DNA of 38,152 nt. Origin: a virus. Below, piece after piece: positions 1 to 11,246 of this stretch. How positions within the stretch are numbered: the first letter of the stretch is position 1; each line of letters opens with the position of its first letter. The notes under the pieces were generated by a model. That model saw nothing but the letters and a program-made list of their open reading frames with translations, searched no databases and was not told the origin of the DNA. A program made the translations under genes and the position numbers. The stretch lies in UHGV virus genome UHGV-1370838; one strand, given 5' to 3'.

Positions 1-25
1 AAATAATTAAAAACACAACACTTCC

Positions 26-2500
26 TTATTGCGGAGTGACATCCTGAGGTCGCCACCAGTATGTCTGGTTAAACTCTTTCTTCGAACGTTGCTCCATTTT
101 ACGCAAATAGCCTGGTGAAAAATACTCCTGCATCTGGTTAAAGATCATATGATCGAGAGCCGCCTTTAAGTACCAGAGATTCGCACCTGGCATCAAACCT
201 TTCCCCAGCTTCACCAGATCACCACCAGTCTGCTCACTCTTCCCTTCCACAGCATTTAACGGTATGCCCTGAGCAATCTTCACTACGTCATCAACCAGAC
301 CAGCTACCGGGCCAAGCATCGACGCCAGCGCGCCGCTTCCGTACCTAGTGTGATCTGACAATAAAAAGTCACCGTAAAGGCCAAGACCACCACCTTTCAG
401 TAGAGCACCAAGCCAAAATTTAGCAGCATCTTCTCCTGTCATCTCGCGAGGATTACGACCAGACGCAAGGTCGTTAAGTTGCTGCGACAAAGCGCCAAGA
501 ATGGTCGTACTGGCAATAAACGTCGCAATATATGCCGCACGCCCACCAGCAGACGGCATACCCATAGCGCGTGACCAGTGACGCATAACCACCGAGATAG
601 GGAACGATTTAAACAGGAAAACACTTCTCGTTAATTCACCTTTCCATGTTCCACGCTGAATACCAGAACCGGTTATCAGTTGCTCACGTGCTCCCGGTGT
701 AATAACAGCCATATCAACTTCTTCAGTTACGGCACCGAGCAGTTTACGCATTGCCTCAAATTTCACGCGTTCAGGCTCACCAAGATGTTTAACTGCTGAA
801 TCAGGGATACGCATAATGCTTTCCGGTGTCAGCATCGTATTATTGCCGTTCCCCCAGTCCTCCTGTTGCGCCAGCTTCCATACGCTCCAGTCTGTGTCAG
901 TAATCCCTTTGCTTTTCAGGATACGAAAATCAGAATCATCGAGGCTACGAAGGTCTGGTGTCCGTGACACTACTTCTCCCAGGCTTCCCATCATGGTTAC
1001 GCCATAGGCGCGCTTGTGCGCATCTGACCATGCTGTAAGCCCACTGGCACGCATTACCGCCGTTGCCGCCCAACGAGACACAGACGGCCCCATATTATCC
1101 ATCGCCCAGCGGTTAACGCTGCCAAGTAGAGATTCCATCGCCAGACCAGCGCGGCGCGCCCGCACAAGTTCTGTACGGTTCGTTGGGTCCATAGCTTCAA
1201 GCTGGTTGCGGAATAACTGGTTCATTGGAAGGTTGGTAACCTTCGCAGACAGATACATGGTTCCAAGATCAGAGAACGATGACAGCAACGCGGATCCGAG
1301 TCTGCTGGCAACCAGCCAGTTGCGGATATTGTCAGACCATCGCGCGATGTGCGGATTCGCTACAGGCTGTGTCTTTCCGGAAATAAAGTTGTACAGATTC
1401 TCTGTGTTGTTCGCCAGCCGCTCGACTTTACCGGTTTTACTCGGGTTAGCTGTTGCCGTTTCTGCCTTCACCTGATCAAGAAGAGAGCGGAAAACATGAT
1501 CGGGGTTTGGGCCATATGTTTCCACCAGTGCAATATCTTTACTGATACCTTCAAGGTGACCGACCATGATTTCCCATAGAGAGCGATCGCCATAAAGTTG
1601 CTGATATTGCAGATAGGAATCTGCATCTTTGAAATGTATCTGTCGTGATGCATTACCACGGTTAGCACGTGCGCCGGAAATTCGCATTCCGGTATCAGTA
1701 AGCTTATTCAGCCCACCAGTAGCGATCGTGTTATAAGCCTCTCCAAGAAATGCAGACAACTCGGCATCGTTCATCAGTTGTCCATCGGCTCGGGTATAAT
1801 ATTTGCGATCCAGCTTACCTATAACATCGCTAACCCATTTATCTTTTGATACCGCCCCAACCTTTTCCATAGAATGATGTTGAGGGATCCCCCAGTTTTC
1901 GAGATAGCCAATGTCCCCACCAGCATCATTAAACCGGCGGCGCAGCAGCTCTGTAACTTCTCTCCACGCCTTAGCACCTTTTCTTGCTTTAGCATTGCCA
2001 GTATTTTGCCCCCGCATTTCATATACCAGGTCACGTACGCCCGCTTCATCTTCAAACAGACCAAAAAAGCGAGGATCAACTGCTTCGAATGCCTCCTGCA
2101 ATTGACTCAATGCATAATCACGGGTGGCTTTTGTTCTGGATTCAACAGAGAGGAAATTCGATTTACCGTCTGCATTAAAAGCAATAGTACGGTTAAGAGC
2201 GCCAAGTTTCCCATCAGCCCCTTGATAGCTATTGATAAATTTATCCAATCTCTGACGTGCGGCTATAGTGAGGGCCACACGACGTTTCTTTAATGCCGCT
2301 TCTCGCTGTAATTCTTCAGATGCCAATTGTGCTGCACGATACAACCGTTCTGATTCGGAAAGTTGTCGCCACGACATCGGGTCATCACGAGCAATGGAGC
2401 GCATATTTCGATAAATGCGGTCTTCAATGTTCTGTATTTCTCGCGCCGTTAACGTGCGCTGCGCCGCCTGCTGGACCGCTTGTATACATTCCTGTCTCAT
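26..2500 (-). CDS. large internal virion / ejection protein (last gene of structural operon)
   Basis: 824-aa ORF; ATG at 2498-2500 preceded by GAGAGG SD; follows the other large virion proteins on the same strand. Confidence 0.6.
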   Translation of the reverse strand: MRQECIQAVQQAAQRTLTAREIQNIEDRIYRNMRSIARDDPMSWRQLSESERLYRAAQLASEELQREAALKKRRVALTIAARQRLDKFINSYQGADGKLGALNRTIAFNADGKSNFLSVESRTKATRDYALSQLQEAFEAVDPRFFGLFEDEAGVRDLVYEMRGQNTGNAKARKGAKAWREVTELLRRRFNDAGGDIGYLENWGIPQHHSMEKVGAVSKDKWVSDVIGKLDRKYYTRADGQLMNDAELSAFLGEAYNTIATGGLNKLTDTGMRISGARANRGNASRQIHFKDADSYLQYQQLYGDRSLWEIMVGHLEGISKDIALVETYGPNPDHVFRSLLDQVKAETATANPSKTGKVERLANNTENLYNFISGKTQPVANPHIARWSDNIRNWLVASRLGSALLSSFSDLGTMYLSAKVTNLPMNQLFRNQLEAMDPTNRTELVRARRAGLAMESLLGSVNRWAMDNMGPSVSRWAATAVMRASGLTAWSDAHKRAYGVTMMGSLGEVVSRTPDLRSLDDSDFRILKSKGITDTDWSVWKLAQQEDWGNGNNTMLTPESIMRIPDSAVKHLGEPERVKFEAMRKLLGAVTEEVDMAVITPGAREQLITGSGIQRGTWKGELTRSVFLFKSFPISVVMRHWSRAMGMPSAGGRAAYIATFIASTTILGALSQQLNDLASGRNPREMTGEDAAKFWLGALLKGGGLGLYGDFLLSDHTRYGSGALASMLGPVAGLVDDVVKIAQGIPLNAVEGKSEQTGGDLVKLGKGLMPGANLWYLKAALDHMIFNQMQEYFSPGYLRKMEQRSKKEFNQTYWWRPQDVTPQ

Positions 2501-2505
2501 TTAAT

Positions 2506-4308
2506 TTAACCTCTCAAGAAACACGCCACAGCAACATCAAACAGGCTGGAATCCTGTATTGCCTGCTCACTTTCCCTGTTCGCTTCATCCAGTACTTCAC
2601 GCGCACTGCGCGATTGTGGATTACCATCATCATCCAGCACGGTGATTATCATGTCAGGTGATTCAAGCAGCGAGTCTTCAGCTATGCGCAGATCAATATC
2701 TCCTGCCTGATCTGACATCATTTTTTGTTCTGCCTGTTGCAATATTTTATCAGGCTCAAAAGGAGCTACTTCGTCTGGCGTCCTGACCTCTGCTGTTTTA
2801 TAGAATGAAACAGCCTGAGCATTAAGTTCACTTTCTGCCTGCTGTCTCCGAGCCAGTTCTGCTCGAGCTTCAAAAAACTGACCGCCAGGCTCGTGCGGTG
2901 CCAACGCGTTACGGGAAAATTCCAGGCGTTCTTGTGCCTGCCGGATTCGTTGATCAATATCGCGAAGTCTGGCCTGTTTATCTGATCGAGCACGAGACAA
3001 AGCTTTACCGCTACCGGTTGGCTCTTCTGCAAGAATTTGTGCACGCTGTTCAGTGAGATTTTCAATAATTCGTTGGCTATTAGCGATTTCAGACTGGTAA
3101 ACCTGTCTATCTCCACGCGGCAAAAGCTGCGCGGCCTGTTCTTCAAGCAACCGATTTTCTATAGCGCGCGCCGTTACTCCATCATCTACAGATGACAGAG
3201 CCTCATTAACTGCCTGAGACAGCAGACTCTTGCGCCAAGGAATTTCACTGAAAGATGCAGACTCAACAATGCTGGCAACGTCTACAGGTCTCCCCTGGCT
3301 AACATCAGACATAGCTTTTCGCAGAGCCTGAATGTGAGAATTGCGCGAAAGCACGTTGATCGGCACGCCGGGCGCAATATCAATTTCAGCATGATGAGCG
3401 GCATTCGCCGCCAGTGCAGCATCGATATCAACTGGTGAAAAATTTGGTGCGTTTGTAGACTCGCCGCGAGAGTTAATAAATCTGCCGACACCACCAAACG
3501 CCACCCCAAGAACAGCATCAATAGCAATTGCCTGTCGATCCAACACATCATACTGGTTAGCCATTTCGCTATAGCCACCATCACGAAGTGTTTTTGCAGT
3601 AAGCCCACGCTGTGCCATACCGAACGCAATATTTGTACCTGCGGCATAGGCAATATCTGGCGTTGCACGTACTGCTGTTGCTGCGGCGCGTCGCACTGAA
3701 CTCTCACCCGTCCGCGCAAGCTGAGCCGCCACACCTTCCGCCAGCGCACCACCAGCACGTAACCCGAGGCTCATAGGGATCAGCGTTCCGGCACCAGCAG
3801 TAATGCCCTGCACTAATCCCGCTTCCTGCGCCGTCCTGAAATCAACACCCTGTGCTGTCAGCCGTTCAAACTCAGAAAAACCCTGTAGCGAAGTTACCGC
3901 CGCTGCACCTCCGACAGGACCACCGAGCGTTGTACCGACAACAGCCTGCCCGCCCATATCGAACAACCCATAAAGAACCTGCCCAGCGGTTCCAGTTGTC
4001 GCGGCATCAGGCGTCAGCCGCTTAACCTGCTGCTCTGCTAGTTTTCTCTGCTCAGCAATGTATGAAACTGAAGTGTCATTGAGCGAGGTGTTTTCGTTAA
4101 CAAACTGAGCAATCGGGGATACGATTTTATCCATCCCTGCCCATAGCAACTGATCTGGCTTTGCCACCAGCCCGGAGTACAAACCAGACAATGCCGCTCC
4201 TACAGCATTGTCGAAAAAACCAACATCGCTGTTAAAGCCAGCTGGATTTGATGCTGCTTCGTCAAGCTGCTGATTCTGGTTTACTGGATTAAGGCCAAAG
4301 TAACTCAT
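2506..4308 (-). CDS. internal virion / ejection protein, Gly/Ala-rich N-half and coiled-coil C-half
   Basis: 600-aa ORF; ATG at 4306-4308; sits between two other large virion proteins. Confidence 0.55.
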   Translation of the reverse strand: MSYFGLNPVNQNQQLDEAASNPAGFNSDVGFFDNAVGAALSGLYSGLVAKPDQLLWAGMDKIVSPIAQFVNENTSLNDTSVSYIAEQRKLAEQQVKRLTPDAATTGTAGQVLYGLFDMGGQAVVGTTLGGPVGGAAAVTSLQGFSEFERLTAQGVDFRTAQEAGLVQGITAGAGTLIPMSLGLRAGGALAEGVAAQLARTGESSVRRAAATAVRATPDIAYAAGTNIAFGMAQRGLTAKTLRDGGYSEMANQYDVLDRQAIAIDAVLGVAFGGVGRFINSRGESTNAPNFSPVDIDAALAANAAHHAEIDIAPGVPINVLSRNSHIQALRKAMSDVSQGRPVDVASIVESASFSEIPWRKSLLSQAVNEALSSVDDGVTARAIENRLLEEQAAQLLPRGDRQVYQSEIANSQRIIENLTEQRAQILAEEPTGSGKALSRARSDKQARLRDIDQRIRQAQERLEFSRNALAPHEPGGQFFEARAELARRQQAESELNAQAVSFYKTAEVRTPDEVAPFEPDKILQQAEQKMMSDQAGDIDLRIAEDSLLESPDMIITVLDDDGNPQSRSAREVLDEANRESEQAIQDSSLFDVAVACFLRG

Positions 4309-6818
4309 TGCGGAATATCTCCGGAGAATCTCTGACGTTTCTGTGTCAGATTAAGAACAACGGGAGAACCATCATCTTTCAGCAGATAACCAGTACCAAG
4401 TTTCACCAGGTACTGACTATCGCCGTAACTTTGCAAACCATACTGACCAGGCGGTGTTTTTATCCCGGAGCCGACAACTTGTTCATTCCAAGCCTGATTA
4501 ACCTGCTTATCGAATTGCTCTGCAGACATTCCCCACGGCAAAAGGACATTCCCCATTCCGTTATAGTCATGCACGCCACCTGTAGCTACGTTAACAGCCT
4601 GTTTCCAGATATCAGTGTCAATTTCGCCTGATATCACGCCTTTTTTCGCCATCACACCAGCGTAATAGTCCTTTGCGATCTCGTATGCCATTGATGCCCC
4701 CTGAGCATCACCAGCAAATGCATCCTTCACCATGTCAGAAAACTCAAGGCGAAGATCAGCATCTTTAGGCATCGGAATACCTTTCGCATCATCAGTACCT
4801 TTACGAGCCGCCGCGCCAGTAAGAATTGTCTGCGCAGCGGTTTCAGGAGACACGGAAACATCCGGATTAAACCAGTTTTTTTCTGCCAAAATACCACCAG
4901 GCTTGTCCATCAGTATCCCGGCAACGGCAGCAGATGGAGCGTTGGCACTGATCTGCTGTAGTGCTGACATATACACCTGCCCACCACCAGTGCTCTGCCT
5001 GATGGTATCGAGATATGCTGCCTGTTGGGAAACTGGAGCATCACGAAAAAAAACACCGATCTGATTGGCCTCGTCTTTGGAAAAGAACGTCAGTGGAGTG
5101 CCATATGACTTAGCAAGGTCACTGACCTGAGCGGCACGCAAGGCAACGCTCTGTCCAAAGTTATCCTTATTGCTCATGTCGATAGGCTTTGCCTGTCCAG
5201 AGGCAAGAGAGAACTGCACAGGATCAGACTGCCGCTGCTTTATCACCTGATTTGCAGCCGAAACAACGTTGTCATAAAGAGCTGCGCGAGCCGCATAACC
5301 CTCCCCTGTCTCACCAGTATCCGGGCGTAATTGCTCAACATATGCTGTAATGCTGCTTGTCGGCATGTTGCGGAAAGAGCCTATATACTGTCCGGCGATC
5401 TGCGTATTCTTAAACTCGGTATATCGCAGGTTTCCTTCTCTGACTCCATAAGCTGCAATAAAATCAGCCTCACCAGGTGGGTTAGGAAATTCAACGCCAC
5501 GCATATACGCAGCCGTCGCATCGCGAACCTGGCTGTCAATCATCGTTTTATATTCAGCCTGCTGCTGCCGACGCAGTTGATCCGCCTGCCGCATAAAACT
5601 TGCCTGAGCCTCAGGAGATGCCGCATCGAATGCTGCATTACCGGTATAGCGTTTGGTGTTGGTTGGAATTGTTGATAAACCAAGTGCTGCACTGACACCA
5701 GCAGTTAACTGCTGATCACTGTATGGCTGGCTACCGTTCTCATGATGGATAATGGCTGCACAAAGCGCCTTCAGGGTATCAGGATTTGATGCATCGAGAG
5801 GCTCATCAGCAGAAACGCCAAGTTGTTCGCACACTGCTTTGATATACGACATAGTGTCATTTTTATCAGTAGGCGGTGCCCAGCGATTAATTATCTCGCT
5901 GACGGTATCAATACCCTGCCGCTGATACGACATCAGGTTCCGCCCTAATGCACGAATCCCGTGTTCAGGTGTTTCGAATTTAGCAAATCTACCATCATCA
6001 CCGGTCTGGCCTACCCACGGATTAGTTTTGCTGTATTCGAGATTTCCGGGGTTATTGTTGCGTATGCCACGGACACGCTCGGAAGAGCCACTATCTGTTA
6101 CAGCACGGCGAGCTCCAGCAGCAGTATCACTTAACTCGCCATTACTTTGGATGAATGCGGTCGCATTGTTTGCCGACCACTGGGACAATGCTGCATCAGC
6201 AACCTTCTCTTTAAACTCGATTTTCTTGGCCTGTATTTGCTCGTCGCTCCAGCCATGTGCAGCACCGTACTCCTCAATTTGCTGGAAAGTTTGCTTATTA
6301 GCCAATACGTATGCGGCATTGTCGCCATACAATGCTGCGGCATTTTTACCATTGTTCAGCAGCGTCGCCTGAAACTGACCTTCTTCGTAGGCATTAATTT
6401 GCCCTATCTCGTGCCGCCCGGCCTGCGTAGTGAACTGAATGCGCTGCTGCTGCGCCTGCTGCATGAAAGCATTACGAGCCTGTTCATCCGGCAGCGACAT
6501 AGCCAGTTGTTCGACCTGAGCATCAAACTGCTGCGTATACTCATGGCCTTTTCCAATAGCATTTTTCCCTTCCAGGTTAAGCAAACCTGTTTCAGGGTTA
6601 TTCAGCAGATCACTGCTTATCTGACTGAGGTTAAGAGATGCCTCCTGAGCCAGAGCGATATTGGCACGCTGTTTTGCCTGCCCCAAAACATCAATTGCCT
6701 CTGTCCCTGCCCGAACAAAAGCATCACCAATACCTGGCTGAGAAAACGTCTGCAAGCCTGCTGACTGAACTCCACGGCTCTCAACCTGGCGTCCGGATAC
6801 TGTTGGTACGACTGGCAT
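4305..6818 (-). CDS. internal virion protein with putative muralytic domain
   Basis: Start moved to ATG at 6816-6818 (GGAGG SD; TAATG overlap with upstream stop); contains GIRNNNPGNL motif that I recall from virion-associated peptidoglycan hydrolase domains. Confidence 0.6.
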   Translation of the reverse strand: MPVVPTVSGRQVESRGVQSAGLQTFSQPGIGDAFVRAGTEAIDVLGQAKQRANIALAQEASLNLSQISSDLLNNPETGLLNLEGKNAIGKGHEYTQQFDAQVEQLAMSLPDEQARNAFMQQAQQQRIQFTTQAGRHEIGQINAYEEGQFQATLLNNGKNAAALYGDNAAYVLANKQTFQQIEEYGAAHGWSDEQIQAKKIEFKEKVADAALSQWSANNATAFIQSNGELSDTAAGARRAVTDSGSSERVRGIRNNNPGNLEYSKTNPWVGQTGDDGRFAKFETPEHGIRALGRNLMSYQRQGIDTVSEIINRWAPPTDKNDTMSYIKAVCEQLGVSADEPLDASNPDTLKALCAAIIHHENGSQPYSDQQLTAGVSAALGLSTIPTNTKRYTGNAAFDAASPEAQASFMRQADQLRRQQQAEYKTMIDSQVRDATAAYMRGVEFPNPPGEADFIAAYGVREGNLRYTEFKNTQIAGQYIGSFRNMPTSSITAYVEQLRPDTGETGEGYAARAALYDNVVSAANQVIKQRQSDPVQFSLASGQAKPIDMSNKDNFGQSVALRAAQVSDLAKSYGTPLTFFSKDEANQIGVFFRDAPVSQQAAYLDTIRQSTGGGQVYMSALQQISANAPSAAVAGILMDKPGGILAEKNWFNPDVSVSPETAAQTILTGAAARKGTDDAKGIPMPKDADLRLEFSDMVKDAFAGDAQGASMAYEIAKDYYAGVMAKKGVISGEIDTDIWKQAVNVATGGVHDYNGMGNVLLPWGMSAEQFDKQVNQAWNEQVVGSGIKTPPGQYGLQSYGDSQYLVKLGTGYLLKDDGSPVVLNLTQKRQRFSGDIPQ

Positions 6819-7363
6819 TATAATCCTCCGGGTAATCTGGTTCCTGCTGCTGCCCCGATTGGCGCAGGGGTGCTTTGAGTAAACGGACTCCACGTCCCAC
6901 CAAACATCTGGTACGCACCGTATGCCTTCAGAGGCGCAGTGAGCAATGTTGTTGCTGCTCCCACATTCCCCTGTTTACGGGCTGAACTGGCTTCTGCTTT
7001 ATAGTTGGCAGCCTGAACCTGATAACCGTAAGCCTCGCGTTGCGCGTTATTCACCGTCGTCAGCGAATCAAGAGCGCCAAACTGGGCAGTGTCGCCAAAT
7101 ATATCCAGCGCGTTACCTGTAGATAAATCAGCGCCGGTAGCCCCCATTGTCGCTGCCTGTGTACCAAGCCGCTGTCGGGTCTCTCTGCGCCGTTGCTCAG
7201 CTTCAGCGTTACCCCTGTTTATTGCATCATTTGCCTGAGCTGTGGCTATATCTGCGTTCGCTTCTGCAACCTTCGAGGCATACTTTCCCTGTTGGTACTG
7301 GGTGTATGCCTGAATGCCACTCATGGCGAGCATTGCGCCACCAGCAATAACCGGATCGCACAT
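6818..7363 (-). CDS. virion core protein (gp14-like position)
   Basis: 181-aa ORF; ATG with GGAGAG SD; Ala/Gln-rich. Confidence 0.5.
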   Translation of the reverse strand: MCDPVIAGGAMLAMSGIQAYTQYQQGKYASKVAEANADIATAQANDAINRGNAEAEQRRRETRQRLGTQAATMGATGADLSTGNALDIFGDTAQFGALDSLTTVNNAQREAYGYQVQAANYKAEASSARKQGNVGAATTLLTAPLKAYGAYQMFGGTWSPFTQSTPAPIGAAAGTRLPGGL

Positions 7364-7827
7364 TATTTTCTCTCCATGTGAAATCTGTGGAAATTAAGAC
7401 CAAGAGCACCATAAGGCGCGGCTTCTTCAAGCCTGAATCCAAGCCAGTGGAGCCATGCTTTGGCAACATGGTTTCGCTCGTCGACGTAGTTTTCCAGGCG
7501 CGGATAAACTGCCAGCATCTGCCGCAATACAGGGTGGCAGTGGCGAAGAAATGTCTTCTGATATTTTTCAATACGGCTGGTTCCTACCAGCCAGGGCGTA
7601 CCATTGCCACCGATCATTGACGCCGGAGATACACCAAACATGGTTACCAGTTCTCCGTTCGCGAACCCTGACCAGGCCATAGTCGCAGTGCGAAGACCAA
7701 CGCGCAGCGCATCTTCGGTAGTCATCAGCGATACCGCATACAGTTCGTCAATATCAGCCTGACGAACATCCGGCAAAATCATCTGAAGATGCTCTTCGGT
7801 AGCGGGAATAATTTGAACATCAATCAT
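7363..7827 (-). CDS. virion protein (gp13-like position)
   Basis: 154-aa ORF; ATG start; stop overlaps next start. Confidence 0.5.
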   Translation of the reverse strand: MIDVQIIPATEEHLQMILPDVRQADIDELYAVSLMTTEDALRVGLRTATMAWSGFANGELVTMFGVSPASMIGGNGTPWLVGTSRIEKYQKTFLRHCHPVLRQMLAVYPRLENYVDERNHVAKAWLHWLGFRLEEAAPYGALGLNFHRFHMERK

Positions 7828-10268
7828 CAGAATCCCCCAACAGTAAGGCGAGGAATAACGGCAAGAACAGACAGCGGCAACGGGTCAAGCTGACGGATTT
7901 TTACACGCCCGTTTTTGCCCCAGTTACTGTCCAGTTTCACTTCTACTTTTCCGGTAGCATCATCAACAGGATCATCGTAGAACTCGAATTCACGCTGTGG
8001 ATATTCGTACCATTTACCGCCAGGCGTAGTCGCCCAGATGCCGCGACTGGCATTCACAACCAGAGTAACGGATGGGATCACCTGTTTTTTGTCCAGCAGC
8101 GTTTCCTGTCCGTTAATGTTGATATCCAGTGTTTCGAATTCAGCAGTTATTGGCAGGCCGATGTGCACCACAGCCCCCGGAGATTCCAGCGTGACGGCAC
8201 CTCCGGAAACTACTTTCTGTGGTTCCACGTTCGCATCAGAGAGAATGTTTACGGTCTGGCCTTCAAGATGAGACAGGCCTCCAAATGTCCGGCGCGCCAT
8301 CTGCCAGTTCGTGGTGCCCACATTCCTGAGGGATGGCGGGACGTTCCTGTTAGCACGAACCACTACAGCGGTATTGCTGGTTACAGAAATGATGTCGCAA
8401 CGTAATTCATTTCCGGTATAAGGGAACTGTAGTTGCGCGCCGACATCACTACTGGTGAAGTACGCACCACCAGAAACACTGATTGTATATTCCGCGCGGT
8501 AATCCCATTCGCCAGAACCACCAGTGATGATCATCGTTCTGTCAGACGTATTTCTTCCATCATAGCTAAGGCCAGAATCAACAAAGAAAGCATCTTCATC
8601 GCTGGTAAATAAACGGCTGGACAGTCGCTCGATGTATCTCACTGTTTGCCCGTTAACGGTTCGGTTAACGACGAAATACACCGCATCTTCATTGCCTTCG
8701 CTGATACTGCATGTGCTTTCATATTTTCCGGTACTGGATTGTGGTGCCCATGCAAAAACCTGCTGATCACGCAAATAGGTCATCACCAGTAATTTACCGT
8801 CATCACGAATGCAAAAGGCACTGGAGTAAGGGACAATCGAGAAGCACCAGTCAACAATGCTGTGCTTCTGAAAAAGATGATTGGCAAGGATGGTCAGGTC
8901 GTTCCCCTGATAGCCGTCAACATCAAATGAGTAGGCCAGATCACGGACAACGCTGCCTTTCTCCTGGACGAACAGAGCAATATTCGCCACGGCAATTGGC
9001 GGGACGTTGCTTGAGCCATTTGATCCCTGAGAGCTGAATGCAAATGATGATGGGGTTAACACTTTGTTCTGGTCGCCGGTGATGACGTACTCACCTCCGG
9101 AAGTCAGTGCCACCAGCGAACCGACATCAATCAGGTGGCGGATCTCATTAACCTGACGCCCGGCATAGGTGTAGATAATTCTATCGTCATCCTGCGTAGG
9201 ATTGCTTTTGCCAAAATCCTTATAATCCCCAGTACGGCTGGCCCAGATAGTCTGAGGGAACGCAGTCGATGCGGCGAAGTAAAGACGCTGTTGATAATAA
9301 ACAACAGTGCCAGGATAACCATTAACACTGTTCCAGGCATATTTAGCCCATTTATAGCTGGCATTATCCTCGCCAACGACCTGCGAAGGGATATAGGAAA
9401 TCACCTCAGCAGTTGCAGTAGTGCCATTTGCAGCAGTGATACGGGCAATGCCAAAACCACTGTGCAGATACTCCCACTCAATGCCAGTATCATCATCACC
9501 GGATCCGCCCCAGCCATCCCATGATGTGCCTTCTGTATGCGAAGGGCGCAAAGTACCTGTTTTGCCTGCTGTAACGGCGCGATAGTAGTTACTGTCTGCA
9601 CGGCGAATATCGCCAATCGACGTACTCTTACTGGTTTCCCATACCGGTACTGAATCCACTGCAGGCTGTTCCAGATAGAACAATTTGCCTACCTGCTCCG
9701 CGCCAAAAATAGAGGCGCTTGCCGTTAACGTAATTGTCCCGGTGCTGGCGCTGGCATAAACCGTCACTGACTCATCAATATTGATATCTTCAAATGGCCC
9801 GTTCTTCGTTACCACATCAACCAGTTGCCAGTTGTCATGCGCATAGCGGCGCAGCTCTTTCGGCGGGTATGCCGGATGAACCAGCGTAAGCACGTCGGCG
9901 CTTTGCGTGAATTTAATTCGGAACAGATCGGCTTCAGTATATGGCGTGGCAATTTCATAAATAACATTGCTGCTGTTCAGCACCAACGCACCATCTTTGA
10001 TAACGCGCATGTACTGGTGTCCGAACTCCAGAGCGTAGGTCTGAACCGTCGAGAACTGGAACGGGATCAGGCGGCATTTCCGATTTGGGTATTTGGCGGC
10101 ACCGACAAAACGCGTACCAGGTCGATTCTCAACGCCGCCATACTGCCGCACGATAAAGTTATCGCACTTGCGCAATGCCACCTGGTACTTCGCCATGTCG
10201 ATACGACCGTACAACGACGGTCCAATCTCACCACCGGCAAAGCTGGGCTGGATCCAACTGATAGCCAT
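7827..10268 (-). CDS. tail tubular protein B-like (nozzle)
   Basis: 813-aa ORF directly downstream of a tail tube A-like gene; size and position match podovirus gp12-type protein. Confidence 0.6.
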   Translation of the reverse strand: MAISWIQPSFAGGEIGPSLYGRIDMAKYQVALRKCDNFIVRQYGGVENRPGTRFVGAAKYPNRKCRLIPFQFSTVQTYALEFGHQYMRVIKDGALVLNSSNVIYEIATPYTEADLFRIKFTQSADVLTLVHPAYPPKELRRYAHDNWQLVDVVTKNGPFEDINIDESVTVYASASTGTITLTASASIFGAEQVGKLFYLEQPAVDSVPVWETSKSTSIGDIRRADSNYYRAVTAGKTGTLRPSHTEGTSWDGWGGSGDDDTGIEWEYLHSGFGIARITAANGTTATAEVISYIPSQVVGEDNASYKWAKYAWNSVNGYPGTVVYYQQRLYFAASTAFPQTIWASRTGDYKDFGKSNPTQDDDRIIYTYAGRQVNEIRHLIDVGSLVALTSGGEYVITGDQNKVLTPSSFAFSSQGSNGSSNVPPIAVANIALFVQEKGSVVRDLAYSFDVDGYQGNDLTILANHLFQKHSIVDWCFSIVPYSSAFCIRDDGKLLVMTYLRDQQVFAWAPQSSTGKYESTCSISEGNEDAVYFVVNRTVNGQTVRYIERLSSRLFTSDEDAFFVDSGLSYDGRNTSDRTMIITGGSGEWDYRAEYTISVSGGAYFTSSDVGAQLQFPYTGNELRCDIISVTSNTAVVVRANRNVPPSLRNVGTTNWQMARRTFGGLSHLEGQTVNILSDANVEPQKVVSGGAVTLESPGAVVHIGLPITAEFETLDININGQETLLDKKQVIPSVTLVVNASRGIWATTPGGKWYEYPQREFEFYDDPVDDATGKVEVKLDSNWGKNGRVKIRQLDPLPLSVLAVIPRLTVGGF

Positions 10269-10873
10269 CAGGACAACCTCGCAATGGTAAACTCGTCAAC
10301 CGGTGGCTGTGGTTCCTGTGATTCATTCTGGCTATGCGAGCCAGCACTAAGAATCACGCGATTGTACATATTGAGAGCAAATGTACCGAGATCCGCATTC
10401 CCAGTCAGCGCCATGTTAATGGCTGCCGCAAGACGCCAGGCCAACGCCTCCATAAAAATGGCATCAAACATGTTCACATCTGAAACGCGAGAGACATACT
10501 TGAGCCATGCCTGCGGCTGGTCTGTGTAGATCAACTTTCCTGTTCCGTCGGTGTCTGCACCAACTTCGTACTGAACGCGCATTGCTGCTGTTGGATTGCG
10601 TACACCAGGAAGCATAATTTCAGTAATGCGCAGACAATCGGACGGGTACTGGTACGCATATTCCCAGTCAGGCGGTGGATTGCTCGTATCTGCAAGCGCC
10701 ACGCGTTTGGTAGCAAAGTTCCAGTCAAAATCAGAAAGCACAGCATCACGGCAGGCCTCAAAGTGCAGCGAACATTCCCCCGCTTCCTTGCTGGCTTCCG
10801 TCAGGCTGTTAATGCTGCGGCTATTGCCAATATTGGACAGCGCACGATTACAGATCTCTACTACAGAGGCCAT
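10268..10873 (-). CDS. tail tubular protein A-like / adaptor
   Basis: About 200 aa; ATG at 10871-10873 with GGAGGTGA SD; weak resemblance to T7 gp11 in length and N-terminal pattern. Confidence 0.5.
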   Translation of the reverse strand: MASVVEICNRALSNIGNSRSINSLTEASKEAGECSLHFEACRDAVLSDFDWNFATKRVALADTSNPPPDWEYAYQYPSDCLRITEIMLPGVRNPTAAMRVQYEVGADTDGTGKLIYTDQPQAWLKYVSRVSDVNMFDAIFMEALAWRLAAAINMALTGNADLGTFALNMYNRVILSAGSHSQNESQEPQPPVDEFTIARLS

Positions 10874-11196
10874 CACTCACCTCCGTTACCGTACAGAGTT
10901 TCAGCCGCTGATTTTTCTACATCCCCGGAAACAGGAGCGATCGCCATATCAGTGATCTGCAGATCGGCGCTGCGATTAACACCATCGTCAGTTTCTCTGG
11001 CAGACAGGCCTCGAATAACAGCCTTTGCAGTTATCATCACTTCTGTTCCGACGCCCTGAGGTTGTGCCTTCAGCTTATTCAATGTGTCGTTATTAAGAGT
11101 GATGCACAGCCCCCACGGGTATTCATCGCGAGTTCTGGTTTCTCCGCTCTCATCCTGGTAGCTGTCAGTGCCGGTTTTGAGGTTTACGAGTTCCAT
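10873..11196 (-). CDS. hypothetical virion protein
   Basis: ORF trimmed to ATG at 11194-11196 with AGGAG SD. Confidence 0.5.
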   Translation of the reverse strand: MELVNLKTGTDSYQDESGETRTRDEYPWGLCITLNNDTLNKLKAQPQGVGTEVMITAKAVIRGLSARETDDGVNRSADLQITDMAIAPVSGDVEKSAAETLYGNGGE

Positions 11197-11246
11197 ATAC
11201 ACTCCTGCAATAAAGGGGCCGAAGCCCCTTGTCTGATTCGCGAGGC

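Noticed and set aside
439-2661. Opposite-strand and nested ORFs inside the 26-2500 gene (439-624, 816-1007, 1014-1475, 1874-2293, 2293-2661 and others)
   Set aside because: They lie wholly inside long, RBS-supported structural genes, lack SD sequences, and have low-complexity or Cys/Arg-rich composition typical of frame shadows. The same applies to similar nested ORFs across the structural block (for example 8038-8271, 9825-10529, 14200-14937).
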